A stretch of DNA of 64,000 bases from Rotaria socialis (Eukaryota), in contig CAJNYD010000044.1 in assembly GCA_905331295.1 (NCBI GenBank), positions 1 through 64,000 on the forward strand, given 5' to 3'. The translations under genes were made by a program, and so were the position numbers. This document shows positions 12,591-27,000 of this stretch, piece by piece; within the stretch, counting starts at the first letter, position 1, and every line of letters starts with the position of its first letter. The notes beneath the pieces were generated by a model that was not told the origin of the DNA, searched no databases, and was given only the letters and a program-made list of their open reading frames with translations.

Positions 12591-13399
12591 AGTAAAAGGA
12601 ATCGTGTTGTATTTAGAACTAACTTGGTTTTCATTTCAATGGCTATCTTCTAGTTTAAATTTACACGTTTTTTTCCAACACAAACACGATTAGACTGTTA
12701 ACAAGAATCTAATTATGATATCTTGATTTAATGAAAAAAATAGCGAGTTATTGTTGAAAATGATTCTGAAATAATTTGATTCTAAGTTAAGTACCTAAAT
12801 ATATACTATTTCTTTATTTGAGATACAACATTAGTTAGAAGTAAGTTCTTCACATGAATACAAGTAGATGTGGGTGTTCCTTTTAATTTAATTTCCAAAC
12901 GGCTATACTATTAAACATGATTCCAACGAAACTTTCACTTTCTCAAAGACCAAATAATTGAAAAACTTGAAAATATTATGAATTCATTTGATCAATGATA
13001 TTATTTAATATTTTTTAGTGATAATCAGTAATGAAAATGCTATTGGTAAGACATTTTCCTATTTTCTATGTGCGAAATTGAATGCTTCTCTCCCCATGCA
13101 GTCAGAAGCATGCTAAAACGGTGTTTCAACGCGTTTACATAGAAAAATCCAGAAAAAAACGCATTATAACCCATCACTATCATAACTTCAAATGGTCAAC
13201 CCGTTAAAACTAGTCGCTTCTTATATAAACAGGTTTTAACGCATCGATTCGAATGAAAATGATTATTTGATGCGTTTTAATCCATCTTGTTTTTAAATAT
13301 GAGAATCAGCAATTATAAATTTCAGAAAAAAAAATTTTTTTTTCTTTAAAAATGTCCTTTAATGAACAAAATGAGAATCCAACATAAATAGACATGTAC

Positions 13400-13515
13400 C
13401 AAACTCGAGCTCAAGTTCGAACATGTAATGTCGAGTTCAAGCTTGAAAGTTCGAGTTCAAGTCGAGCTCGAACTGGAAAGATCGAGTGTGCATCGAGTTC
13501 GATCGAGCTCAGTGA
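13400..13515. repeat. TCGA/CGAG-rich palindromic repeat (MITE-like remnant)
   Basis: Dense TCGAG/CTCGA/TTCGA motifs in a CpG-poor background. Confidence 0.4.
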
Positions 13516-15629
13516 TGAATGAAAGGAAGAAGAATTTTCCACGAAAAACGTGAGGTGACTAAGTATTCGGTATGCGCCCACCAATAGGACTACGAATGCA
13601 AGCGTAAACAATCTTTTTTAGCATATTGCAGGATAAATCTGAGCTCCACTGCTCACAAAATCGTATTGGTCAGTCTCGACCAATCGAAATCGAGATTTTC
13701 GAAAAGTGATCATTCATAGGCAGTTTGATGCGGGGACGTTGAATCTAACGTAAGCTCCATTTTTCTCGGAAACCCATTGTTCAGTCGTGAACCAATAGAA
13801 ATCGAGATTTTTGAGAAACGAAATTCCGATTTGCACTCTGTACACCAAATTGCCTATGGCCGAGGGCTGGACGATATCCCCAAAAATCGAGAAATTGTTC
13901 CCCTTACAGCAGAAACGCTTGTCAAGCGAAACAATAACGATCACTACCAATTTCCATGCAGAAATGAATAAACAATATCTATCATTTTAAGGAGAACTGG
14001 ATGAAAATGAAAATACAAGGAGAGATCAATCATTCGTTTTTGTACTTTTGGGGTGTTAGGTCTGATAATCAGACTCAGATTATCACCATAATTGTCTGTC
14101 GTTTCTGCTATCTTTATTGATTTCACAAGACAACTATTATATAGTCATCACAAAAGAGAAAAAATGCATGGAATGGAAACTCCAATGTACGCGAAATGTA
14201 TATTAGAAAAAATGTAAACAAAGAGAACGAAAGAAATAAATGCAGGCGCGACAAGTATACGATAACTGATAAATACAGAAAGAAAAGAGGACGACGAAAC
14301 TAGTCACACATGAATATATTCACTACCTAAGATTTGGAAAGTCTAGTAGAGATCGATTTTGTACAGCAGAAATAGATTATTTTCAAGTAGAAATGAACAA
14401 ACGATTTCTACTAGTACCAAAAGTATATGTATACTTTTCCATTTCTGCTTGATATATATGACATTATGTGAGGTGAACCGTTTCTGCTGAAACGGGAACA
14501 ATTTCTTCATCGATTGGTTATATCGTACACTGCTGCTATGGGCCGCCGTTTTTCGTAAACCTCAGTTTCTATTGGTTGGCGACTACAAGTACAGAATGTG
14601 TTGAATATCGTAGACATAATCTTCTCAGCACGTTTCATCAAACCACGACTTATTCTACCGCGGTGATACACATAATTACCGCGTTTTTTCTAGGACACCG
14701 TCGTGCATCATGGGAAAACCGCGATAACAATAAAATCCCGCGGTTGACCGCGATTTTTTCGAAATTTTTTTCCGTGGGTACTCTTGAGTAAACCGCCTCC
14801 TTTGATTTTTGAATCAAGAAATCGATATTATATCTTTGCTTTCGTGGACTTAGATTTGGAAAAACAGGGAAACTCAAGTGCATTAGTTGTAGATTTATAG
14901 TTGTTTGCAAAATTCTAAAGGGAGATTCTGATAAAAATTTCGTCCATCTATACATTTCTTGTAATTCATTCATTTATTAACTGATTTGTGGTAATATTAG
15001 TTATTATTATTAAAACACATTCATTAAGGCTCCCGGAACAAGATTTCAGATTAGAAAAAAACAAAGGGGAACTATTATCATATGAAATCATTACCGATTC
15101 GTTACACCGTACAAAGTCAAAATTAAATTTAAACACAAATACAATGGCTGTTCAGACATTATTATCAAAAGATCGAAAAGCTCGATTTGATGATTTACCA
15201 AATTTTTTGGGACACCCTTCCCTGTATGAAAATTCCAAATGTATTGTCTGGAATCATTACTGTCATGTTGCTGTTTGAGAGCATGATAGTGTTTCTAGTA
15301 GTGTTTTTAGACCTTCATTTATCTACGGTTTGGTATAACTTGACAAGCAGTGCAAGATGCAATTAGAAAATTTCATGAAGGTTTCATAACTAGATTTACA
15401 AAGTGAGAAAAGGTGACAAAAGATCGTATTTTTCAGAAGAAAAAATTTCATGGGTTTTTACCTTTACACCGGGATAGCTCCTAACTTCAGGTACAAATAT
15501 TTTCTGTGATGCTTCAGGTCGAAAAAATTTGGATCTGTATATAAAAATGAACGCTCTTTCAAATTAGATAGGTTAAATCAAAAGCAAATTTTTTCCTCCG
15601 CCCGCGATGTTCGGTTTTCTCGCAGAACG

Positions 15630-15760
15630 TCTCTTAATATCTTGCAATTGAAGAAGAATAGTCAATTTTTTACCAGAAAAATGTTTCGCAAAATCGTAAA
15701 ATTCATCATTTTGAAAATTCAAAACATTATTAGGCAAAATAGAGTTTCGGTCGGACATAT
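15630..15760 (-). pseudogene. Fragment of a repeat-associated ORF (MSDRNSILPNNVLNFQNDEFYDFAKHFSGKKL...)
   Basis: Resembles, from memory only, the N-terminus of a multicopy bdelloid protein family often associated with transposons. Abruptly interrupted. Confidence 0.35.
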
Positions 15761-17783
15761 TAATCAAAGATTTGTTCAGAAAAAATGAAAAATAACTATG
15801 CGCCAAACCAAGTAAACAGAAATAGAATGTTCCTCGTAGAAAACGAAGATAGAAATGAACACGAACAAAAACTTGTTGTTCTATCAGTTATGCGAGAAAG
15901 CGAACATGTAATAAAAAATACAACATCGTAAGCTCTAGATATGGAAGAATGAACGATAAGTATAATTGCGATTCAATTATATTTTATTCATACATGGAAA
16001 TTCTTGCATTCACTCATAGTATACTTTATGAAATACATTAAAAGAGGTAGTTTTTTTTTATCGCTTTACAATAAAATTTTTTTTATTAACTTATAGTCCA
16101 TTGAGTACTCCTTCGTGGTTTATTCAATAGAAATTGAACCGAATAAAAGTATGTTGCGTTTTTTTTCTTATTATACTCTAGATGATTTTAAAATACTGAT
16201 ATATTAATATTGGGTGATTTCTTTGTGATTTCTAGCATTAGAAATCAGTTTTTCCCCCCTTAGGTGTGGGTCCTAAGGAAATCTATTAAGAGCTGTAGAT
16301 GAGAAAACGCATGAAATCGCAAATATACCGTTTTTACGACATTTTAACGTGTTATAACGCGTTTTTCGAAGACTTTTGTCTGACTGGGATGGGGCGAGAA
16401 GTGAGATGGACTCAAAATCGAAAGATGGCATTGTCATTACTTCTTGTTGTCTGCTTATTTGTGACTACAAACGGAGGCTATTTTTTTGTTGACTTTGTCA
16501 AATATATATGGAACCTTAATTTTGGTGAAAATATCTCAAATTATCCTGATGCATTATCTTACTCCATGGCATTATTTATTCATTTTGTATTTCTTGCTGG
16601 TTTGCCAGATATAAGGGCGCCACATTGAAGCGTGTCACTTCATGCTGTCGTGTTAACAAAGTGACGCCTGCCATTTCGATAATGTGACAACATGTTTAAG
16701 CTTTCTAGCAAGTATGAAATGATGATTATCATAAACTGACGTATATATTAATTCATGCGTTTTCTATTACTATTCGTTGATGCTAATTATCATTTCACTT
16801 TTTGTATCTTTATTCTATTCTAATAAATTAATTTTGCTGCTGTTTAGTATTGTGTTCAACATCTACATTGAACATTTTTTCAAAACTTATCTAGAATTCA
16901 CTGAATTATATTTTCTTATATGAAAATATACTGGCCTTCAATTACCCGCAGGATTTTTTTATGAGTTATTTAGAATATCGATCGTGTTATTTCAAATACA
17001 GAACTTTAAAAAAAAAATTTTTTTTAATTTTAAAGAATATTTGGGGAAATTTTTTCAGGTACGAGACGAATTCTCGTCGTCATCTAAATAGGTTATAGCT
17101 TCGCAACAGAATGAGACGCTCAATCTAAACTATGGATCGACAAAACAGAATCATCATCAAGTTCGCATTTATTACATCTTCTATTTCAAACAGAATATTG
17201 TTGATTTTGTAAACATCCGGTGAACTCTGCTCTATAGATATATATGTTTTTGTCCGCATTCATCTTACGATAAGCCTTTGAAGTAGATATTGACAATAGA
17301 TTACTATAAGTAACAGATAGGAACCAGAGAATAGTGTCATCCTCTTCTATTTATTGCATGCAATAAAGTAAAGAAAGAACCCGAACGTCTACAATGTAAG
17401 TAAGATTTTAACGCAAATAGGCTAATATCTGAAGTTTTTATCTTTAATAATATCATTATTTTGTATAGCTGTCTATAGAAAATGTTTTAAACAGTTATAT
17501 TCTCCTATCATGATAATTTTCGATTGATTTTGTGTTTTGTACAGACGCTTTCAAAGATGACAAGTTAATAATCTGTACAAAAGTATTGTCTTTTAAATGA
17601 ATTACTTTTCTTTCAAATGTAAAGTATGTTTAGATGTAAACCATGAAATGTTTTTAATCGAAAAAAGCAGTTATCTTGTTGACACATTCTCTTGGTATAA
17701 GAATACGAATAATTAAAACAACAAGAACCATAACAAAGATAGAAAGAAAACATCAAGTCTATAATTTAGATTAAATAAAACAT

Positions 17784-18873
17784 TCAGCCAAGAATTATTG
17801 ACCTTTCACGATATGCAGCCCACCAAACAGCGCCAAAAATTGTAACAGCAAAGAATTCACTAGGTAACCACGGACCATAGCTTACACCCTGAATTAAATT
17901 CATAGTTATATTTGCTTTTTTTCTGAGTGAAATAAACCGTTTTTCTTACCGGATGATTTAATTCAACTGTGCCGAATGGTTTAACAGCTCGAACGGCTTC
18001 ATCTGTACGAGCCTAGAAAAAAAAATCTTCTTTCGAAAAGAAAATTTCCTAATTCAATTCTCTTACTTTACGCATAGCTGAATATGAATCGTCATCATAC
18101 AAACGCACCGTTGTACGTCCAGTTTTTAATTGTTTGTGAGAGGCAACAGCAATACTGACCTTAGAAAACAAAAACAAAAATTCAATATTTCGTTTATCAT
18201 TGAAGAAACATTGTCATACAAAGTATTTGCCAGGTGATGCAATTGATTGAGCACATGGTACAGTTTGTCCATTAATATCAGCATAAAGTGTACTTGGCTA
18301 CAACATCAAAATATTTTCTTTATACAAAAAATTATTTAATAAAACAAACTTGTTTTCCACTTTTGCATTTAACAGTTATTTCAAGTTCAGCTGCAGACTC
18401 AGCAGTTAATCTTCCATCTCTTGTCGAATATGAAGCAACTTGAAATTGTGGCGATTCACAACTTTGCCCTGAACAAACAAAAAAATATTTTTAATCCAAC
18501 TCTTGTACGTATATCCAATAGCTGAATGCTATTTAGGTTCATAGTAAGCTACTTAGCAAACATATTCAAGAACTTAAATCAATAGCTTGCGCCCAAAGAT
18601 TTAACGGATCGGACTGATATCAGAATTTGTAGCAGCTAAAGCGATGCTACGTGGAGTGATGTCTTCACTATTCAATGTTCCGAGAGAGAAATACTCGCTA
18701 GTATCGAAACTATTCATCATAATGTTCTTTGTTTCAAAAAGACCTTCGCAAAAACCATAATATGAAATTGAATGAGACCTTAAAATCGATTTTGTTACTT
18801 TCTAATAATATAATTTTTCTATACCTTGAGCAAAAGCCAATACAGCAAGAATAGCTAGTACGAGACGAAGCAT
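17784..18873 (-). CDS. SSR4: Translocon-associated protein subunit delta (TRAP-delta)
   Basis: Signal peptide MLRLVLAILAVLAFAQ, then SCESPQ...SYSTRDG...LYADING...VRLYDDDSYSAMRKA...HPGVSYGPWLPSEFFAV and a C-terminal TM segment. Six exons with GT-AG introns. Confidence 0.88.
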
Positions 18874-19147
18874 TATTTGTTAAGTGAAAACTAATGACTG
18901 ATGTGGCAAACGATAACGATAAACGACATACATTGATTCTATTGGACGAATTTCATTTGAATGATAGATGGCGAAATAAGTATTTGCAAAGAAATAAACT
19001 TTCTAGAAAGTTTTTAATTTATATTTTTTCCGCATTTCATTTGATTAAAAAATAAAATATATATTTTTTTCAATGATTAGTCTACAGTGACCAATCAATA
19101 CAATCCAGAGAACACAAATCACTTTTTTTTCTTTCTATCTTCAACAA
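18874..19147. promoter_or_regulatory. Bidirectional promoter between SSR4 and SDF2 with outward-facing CCAAT boxes
   Basis: 274-bp head-to-head spacer. ATTGG at 18941-18945 and CCAAT at 19091-19095. Confidence 0.6.
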
Positions 19148-20756
19148 ATGAATAATATGAATATTATCGTTCAATGTTCATTTTTCGTTCTTTTATTTGA
19201 TTTGATATCGAGTAATCAAGATGCTGTTTCGTATAGTTCAACATTTAAATTAGTCAATCAACAATCCGGTGATAGACTTCATTCGCATGAAGTAAACTAT
19301 GGCTCTGGTAGTGGACAACAAGTATGTCAACATTAAACTTCTTATTCTTTACTTAATAGTTTAGTTTCTAGTCTGTCACAGGCTCACCAGATGCAACTGA
19401 TGTGAATAGTTATTGGCAAGTTCATGGAGAAAATTGTCAACGAGGGTAATTGAATGAAAAGTAATTTATTTTTAATGACTTATCTTCTTTGCTAGATCAC
19501 CAATAAAATGTGACAGCATCATTCGGCTACTTCACGTAGCTACAAGGAAAAATTTGCATAGTCATGATTTTGCATCACCATTATCCTACAATCAGGAAGT
19601 CTCAGCTTCTGATGAAGGCGGTATTGGCGATGAAGGTGATATGTGGAAAGTTATTTGTTCTAATGAAAATGATTATTGGTTGAGAAAAGATGGAATTAGA
19701 TTGAAACATGTTGCTACAGACAAGTAAGATATTTTGGATTGGAATTCTTATTTTGACTTGTATAAAAAGACGAACGTTCATGTGTGGTTCGATTGATCAT
19801 AACAAGAATGAGACGCTAAAATTAATGATTATAATGCTTTTATGAATTATTAAAATGAACGATAGATACAAACAGGGAGCATTATCGTAGTGTATACAAT
19901 TCACTTGTCATTTATACATGTACTAGTCTAGTAAAATGATTCGTTGTTCTGAAAATCTGCTGCGAAGTGCCATTTGTAAGTTGAAATGTTCAAGAAACTC
20001 GTTGCGAATAAAATTTTCAACATGACGAAAGTTTTCGATTCTCTTTAAATATGCATCGCGTTCAACTCAGTAGTACGAAAAAAAAATCCATATTTGTTTA
20101 GATCTAATCAACCGAATAGATTAAGGAGTTTTTTCTTTTCGATTGAACTGTGTGAGTAATTTCCTCACTCCGAGACAATTTCAACTGAAGTCATCAGAAG
20201 AACGATACTATTTTCGTGTCTACGTAAAAGTCGCTCAAACATTGTACAGATAATGACATTAAAAAAGTGCGAAAAGAATTGTGACTATGTTTATCTTACG
20301 AATTATCAATCACAGTTATTTGACCAAAGAACTAAGTGTTTAATCCTTGTGAAAAGTTTCTCAAAGCTATTTTCTCGAATTATTTCAGGCAAAGTATTTA
20401 ACAAATTTGTTTATGCTCGAGATGTAGAGTTACAGTGAATCAAACAAATTATAAGCCACTAGGTTTCGTCAGTTGTATCGCCGAATGAGTCGTATTGACT
20501 CAGATATTTATCCGAGAGTAATATTTTATATTTTTGTCTTAGATATCTTCATTTAACTGGCGATACTTATGGTCGACCAATTCATGGTCAAAAAGAGATT
20601 TCCTGTTATCCGAATGCCAATAATCAAAACCTATGGAAAGTTGATGCTGGTGTTTATGTTCGTCCGTCTTCTGAGCCTCAGCTTTCAATTCCAAACAATG
20701 AATTTAATGCACACTCACAATCAATATATACTGATCATGTCGACTATGAACTTTAG
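19148..20756 (+). CDS. SDF2: Stromal cell-derived factor 2 (SDF2/SDF2L1), MIR-domain ER protein
   Basis: Signal peptide, RLHSHEVNYGSGSGQQ/SVTG...NSYW, IRLLHVATRKNLHSH...NQEVSA, YGRPIHGQKEI. Ends ...HVDYEL*. Four exons. Confidence 0.93.
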
Positions 20757-21038
20757 AATAATAGTAAATTGATTATTTTCTAGATGAAATTCTAAATGAT
20801 TTTTTTTTACTTGACGAAAAAGCATTTTTTTTTTCGTACCGATTGTATACTCAATGACATACCTCCCTTACGGTCATTGTTTATTTAAGATTACATCTAA
20901 GTATTACTCGTCTTTCCTTTTTACTTTCTTCTTCTCTTGTTAAATCTATAGACATAATATAAAGTCGTTTTAGATTTGTTTGAGTGTGCGAGCGTGTGTG
21001 TGAGAGGGTGTACATAGAAGAAGAAAAAACAACAAAAA

Positions 21039-24000
21039 ATGCCGTCAATATTCGGCAAAAGTCATCTATATCGTTATGATATTCAAGGTGGTGCCAAAAG
21101 TCATTATCTTGTTTTTGTTCATTTACCATGTTTACAAACACATCTTAAACATTTATATCAACTATCATTATTACCATTTAATGATTATGAACAACAAACT
21201 ATTGAATGTTTAATGAATCATAATAGTTTAACACGGGATTGTATTAATTATCTTTTACAACGGCTTCATATACGAGATGGTGCTATTTCAAATTGTTTTG
21301 CTTTATCTTATTACAATAAATCTAATAATCAATCTTATTGGCTTGATCCTAATATATCAATGAGACAACAAGTACCAAAATCGGAATTAAAACCAAATTT
21401 AACATTTACAATGTTACTTTATCCACCAGTGCCATATGCAATAACGGATGAAAAAGCTAGGTAAATTCATAAATTTAGATAAGTTAAACTAAGAACTATT
21501 TAGAGTACGGTTTAACGTGCTAACCACAATAAAAGTTGTTATTTTTCGTTTTGTTTTACAGAACATTATGATGCGTATTTCGTCTACTTAAGAGCTATAC
21601 ATAAATTGAAAGCAACTTTTCTACCTTAGCATTCATGCATAAACGATATACTGTGTTCTGATCTGATTCGACTACAGGATTTCGTCTATAAAAATATCTT
21701 TATAGTGACATTGTAAGGAAGGAGTGTTCACCATAGAATTTCCCATAAACAAGATTGAGATGAATGCTGATAATGATCTATTAGTGTCAAACTGTTATTG
21801 TTATTGATCATTTCTCGTGAATCTCAACAGTATTTAGCAAAATCTACTGAATTTTTTAAGTGAAGAATCTATCGCAATGCATTAAATTTCTGTCCTTCCA
21901 GAATATAAACTCTGAAATATCGTTTCTCTTTATAGTCCGATCTTTCGTTTACATAATCAGCTCTCGTGACTAGTATATTGTATCTATAGAGAGCTCTCAA
22001 ACAGACCGACTTTCTTTCCAGACTTGTAGAGAAAAAAATCGAGCCTTTGAAACTATCCGCGAGCAACACCCTATACTGCAAGATAGTCAAATGGTGAACA
22101 AGTAAATGATACATACAGCCAATTTTACCGTTGCAACTTGCTGACTCTTTTCGCCTTCCAATGATTTTGGTTTCAGTACCACCAGCGTCATTGGTAGATA
22201 TTCTCTATGAACAATCTCTTGACGTTATAAACATTCTTTCATGATGTATAACTATAGTGGCCTATAAATTATACCTACGCTGTTATACGATTGATAAAAA
22301 AATGAATATCTGAAAAGGCATCTACAATGATTATAATTACAGTAGATGATAACTTCAAAATAAATCTTTCAATATTCATACTTAACTAAAGTTAAGAAAC
22401 CGTCGGAAAAAATAAATATCTATAGCGAAACCGAGAATAAAAGCTATCGAACTGATAAATCAATATTTGCATTCTAGACTAGGTACACATGCTAAAGTGA
22501 GCTCATGTCCTTGGTTTATACAGTATTTTGCGAATAGGTACTTTCATTCCTCAGGGCCACAAGCAAAAAACGATTATTTAATGTCAACATGAGATTTTAC
22601 ATAGAGTAAGACACTTACTCTGTTTTCTCCGAGAATCTTCAAATGATTTGTATCTTCACCATTTCGACGTTCAATATATTTTTCTAAAATAATTCAATAA
22701 CATTTGTTTTTCTTTCTTCTAGGCTAATTCTGTATCAGCAAATATTCTGCAATTTCATTTCATCAATGTATACAATATCGGGAAGTCTTGTTGAAACACT
22801 ATCAGCTTATTTTCTTCGAGGTAAATCTTATTCTATAGAGACGAAATAGCTTCATCTAGCATTTAATTGTTTTTTATTCAAATAAAAGCTTGTTTTGACA
22901 ATAAATTCAATGCAGATAAAAATCATGATGTTCTTCAATTGATCATAGCAGCTGTAAGACATGAAAAACTAAACATTATATTTTATCTCTACATATGAAC
23001 AAAAATACTTTTTATTATTAAGGTCGGCATTTCAGAAGAAAAATCCGATATAGTAAAAGATAGAATCTTTGAATTATATCGTAATTTAAATGGTATTGAT
23101 ATACGATCAGCACAAAATCAATTTGTTCATCAAATATCTCAATTGAATACATATGGAATGATACATTTAGAAATCAAAGTATTTATATCTGTTCAATGAT
23201 CCATCGGATTTATATTTCTTCCTAGAACGCACTCAATGAAACAATTTGTCTTGGATTAAGTCATACTGGTATACATTGTCGTTCATTGCTTCGAAATGAA
23301 TTTAAACTTGAAGCTTGGTAAGTCTATGTTGATTAAAATCGATATCTAGCGCTATTCTATTTTTATTAGTTGGCATAATATAACATCCATTGTGTCGAAT
23401 AAACAACGTCAGATAACAGTGACAATTAAAAATGATAATATAAATACTCATATGCAGATTTATTATACAGATTCAACTAATTATAATCGTTATTGTCTTC
23501 GTCTTCTTCATGTATTTTTGAATCATTTTTCTAAATATGTTCCGAGCGAAATCGAGTAAAAAAACGTGTTTCTCAGACAGCATTCAACGCAAAATTTTCT
23601 CTGTTTAGAAACATTCCAAAATTAGAAACATTCCCAATCAAAAAGCCATGTTTAGTGCACGGTGCAAGTGTGCCAGATCTCCGATCTGATGGTGAATCTT
23701 CGAGTAATGATCGTTCACCACCATCAGCGTCATCATCAGCACGATCGTCAAATCATAGTTCGAATCTGTGGACCGGCAGTTTACCGAATTTAACGGTACA
23801 ATTGTCGACTCGACAACAGACAAATGAAATTTTCAAAAAAAAGAACGATCCTTACGCAACATTTTCTGATAATCTCAATCATATCGATGAACAAGAGACA
23901 ATATCTCCAGTTGAAGAAAAGGTAAATTCAAAAAAATAATAATTATTATTTTTTTTATATTCGGTGATAGTCATGTTGGATTTTAAGAGTATTACAAAAT

Positions 24001-27000
24001 AGAAAATCGGGAATGGCAAAAAGGAAAAATACATATAGAATCATGTTTTCTAAATATTAAAGATCTCCTCGTTAGAATCATTGATAGAAGTTTAGCTTCT
24101 GAAGAATAGTTTGAATGAGAAATTTGTAAAATAGCAGCGATTAAACCATTCGAAAAGTCTTCATTAAATAGTAGGGGTGTCAATTTGCAGTTTATTTAAT
24201 TTAAATTTAACTTCGTGAAAAGTTAATTTAATTTGAAATTAAATTCTATAAAGTTAAATTTCAATTTAATTTTTGAAAATTTTTTTCTCGATTTAATAAT
24301 TTTTTTTAAATTTAAATGTGACACCCCTATTGAATAGCGACTTGTATCTCTAAGGTATTTTGTCCAAAAATAAATATCATACGCCATACAGTGACATAGA
24401 GCCCGAGCTATGCACGAATTCCAATTAGGGGTGGACCATTTTTTTTAACGGAACTTAATTAATGACTTTCATTAGCCATTAATCTTAATGGTTAATGTTT
24501 TCTGAGAAAAACTTAATTCATTAATATTAATGATTAATGAAAAACATTAACATTAATTTTAAAATTAATGTTTTCATTAATCATTAATATTAATGTCAAT
24601 GTTCTTGAATGATATTAACGGTTAACGGAAACATTCACCATTAGTATGAATAGTAATGTTTTCGTTAATATTAGGGATTATATTTTCATTAATCATTAAT
24701 ATTAATGTTAATGTTTTCATATTACTGAATTAGGCTTTTCTAAGGAAACATTATCTACAATTATTAATCAATTAACTGGTCTTAATAGCTAATGTTTTCT
24801 CCGAAAGTGTTAATTACTTAATATGGAAAGTTATAATGCTTTCATGAAAACATTAACATTGATATTAATGATTAATGAAAATATAATGCCTAATATTAAC
24901 GAAAACATTACTATTCATACTAATGGTGAATGTTTCCGTTAACCGTTAATATCATTCAAGAACATTGACATTAATATTTATGATTAATGAAAAAATTAAT
25001 TTTAAAATTAATGTTAATGTTTTTCATTAACCATTAATATTAATGGTTAATGAGAAACATTAATATTAAATTAATGTTAATGGCCCACCCCTAATTCCAA
25101 TGTAACTTGGAATCACCATCGGACAGCGCATGCTGAGCACCTCGCAACATAGTAGAAAAGAAACCAATCACTAGGCAGTAATCCATATCCAAATATAAGG
25201 ACATTCTTTCAATATCTCAAGTATAGAGAAAAAATAATTTGATATTCAAATATTCTTCACTCTTAGAAGAGACGGTACTTGAGTGTGCTGATAAACTGTA
25301 TTCAATTTGACATACAACGATGTCACTATGGGAAGTCTTAGATTTCTAAGAGATACTATTATTGATAGATGTAATCTTTAGTAATGAAAATGAACTGATT
25401 CTACATGATTTGTAAGATATAACCGACTCTTAGTTCTGATTCGAGACCCTGTTTTTTGACTGACTCCTTCAATAGATATGTATGATGATCATGTTCATGT
25501 AAGATTTTCATTTTATAGTCAATATAAAGCTAACGGATTACGATAAAGCGAAGAAAAAAGAAACTGATTATATAACAAAGAGAGAGAGAGAGCCACATTA
25601 AAACAATGTTCAACGAAGTGTCTATGTACGACGAAGGAAAACGAAAATCGACCTGTGTTGATTTTATTTCGGATGAATTATTTTCTCTTGATTGATACGA
25701 TCAAATGACTAGAGCACATTCTGAAATATAATCAAAATTTTAGTCATAAATAAAAGTCTCGATGAACCAATTGTGAACTTTTCCGAAACGAATATCATAA
25801 AAGCATTTGCATTTTATTGTCTTATTTCAATATTGATACAAAGCATATGTATCATGATTAAAAGCAATCTAGTATTAGTCGTAAGGAATAAATTTCATAG
25901 TGAAAAGAATACAAATACTTGACTTTCTAGTTTCTTTTTCTCGATAGGAAGTAACGTTACGACATTCGTTACCAGTTCCATATAAATCTCAATCACCAAT
26001 GTACAAAAAGGTAAAATTTCAATATTCTATCTCATTCTTCATATTTTGCTTTCCTTTTATGACTTCTTCTAAATTGTATAAAAATTCTTTTACCGGTTTC
26101 TTAATCATTGATCCGTTTTGTCGATAGTTTTCGCATCGTTCTTTGCTGATGTCCACTGCTCGTATTGGATTATCATGTTCTCTTGCTACATTTGATAAAA
26201 TTTCCGTATCACCATCGATGGTAAATGCATCGAAAATACCTTCATCGATTAATCTTTCGCCGTGTTTTTCATGTGAATGTCTTGATCGAGGTGATAAAGT
26301 AAGTTTCGATGCTGCATGTCAAAGGTCGATAAATTCAAATGCATGTCGAAGCAAGAAAAAAATATAATGCTACGATCCAACAGTTTTTTGTTTGGCCTAT
26401 TCTCTAGACATTTTTATTTCGTTCGTTCTTTTTTTTATCTAGTATCTAAAGTGTGCAATTGATATGACATTGGTTGTAATTTTACCTCGTTATATGATTC
26501 TTTCGTGAAGTTTATAGAAAGTTTTTTTCTTCTCATTCGTATATGCATGTGAATGAGCGAAATTATAGATGAAGCATGGGCATGAAGTTGGATGTTGTTT
26601 CGTTTAATTGAAAAAAAAATTATTTTGATTATTATTTTCATAGGACTCAATTCTACAATCATCATCAAATCTATCAACACTAACAACAAATAATCGATTA
26701 TTATTGGTAGAAGATTTTTAGAATTTCGATCGGCTAATGACTTTTGTTTTGTCTCTCTAGAATTCAAGAACATATCTTTCATCGACATCAGTACCATTGG
26801 AAATCGATACGATTAGTGTTGATGATGATGATGATGCACCGACAGATATTTGGGTAAGAATTCAATTGAAAGATTTGAGAAGTTCTTAAGATCATTCAAA
26901 TTTATAGAAAATATCATGTTCATATGAGAATCTTCTGAACTCGATAAGTATGTCTAGGGGTTGAGCTTTTACAAAGATCATAGCGTTGACTGGGTACGCT

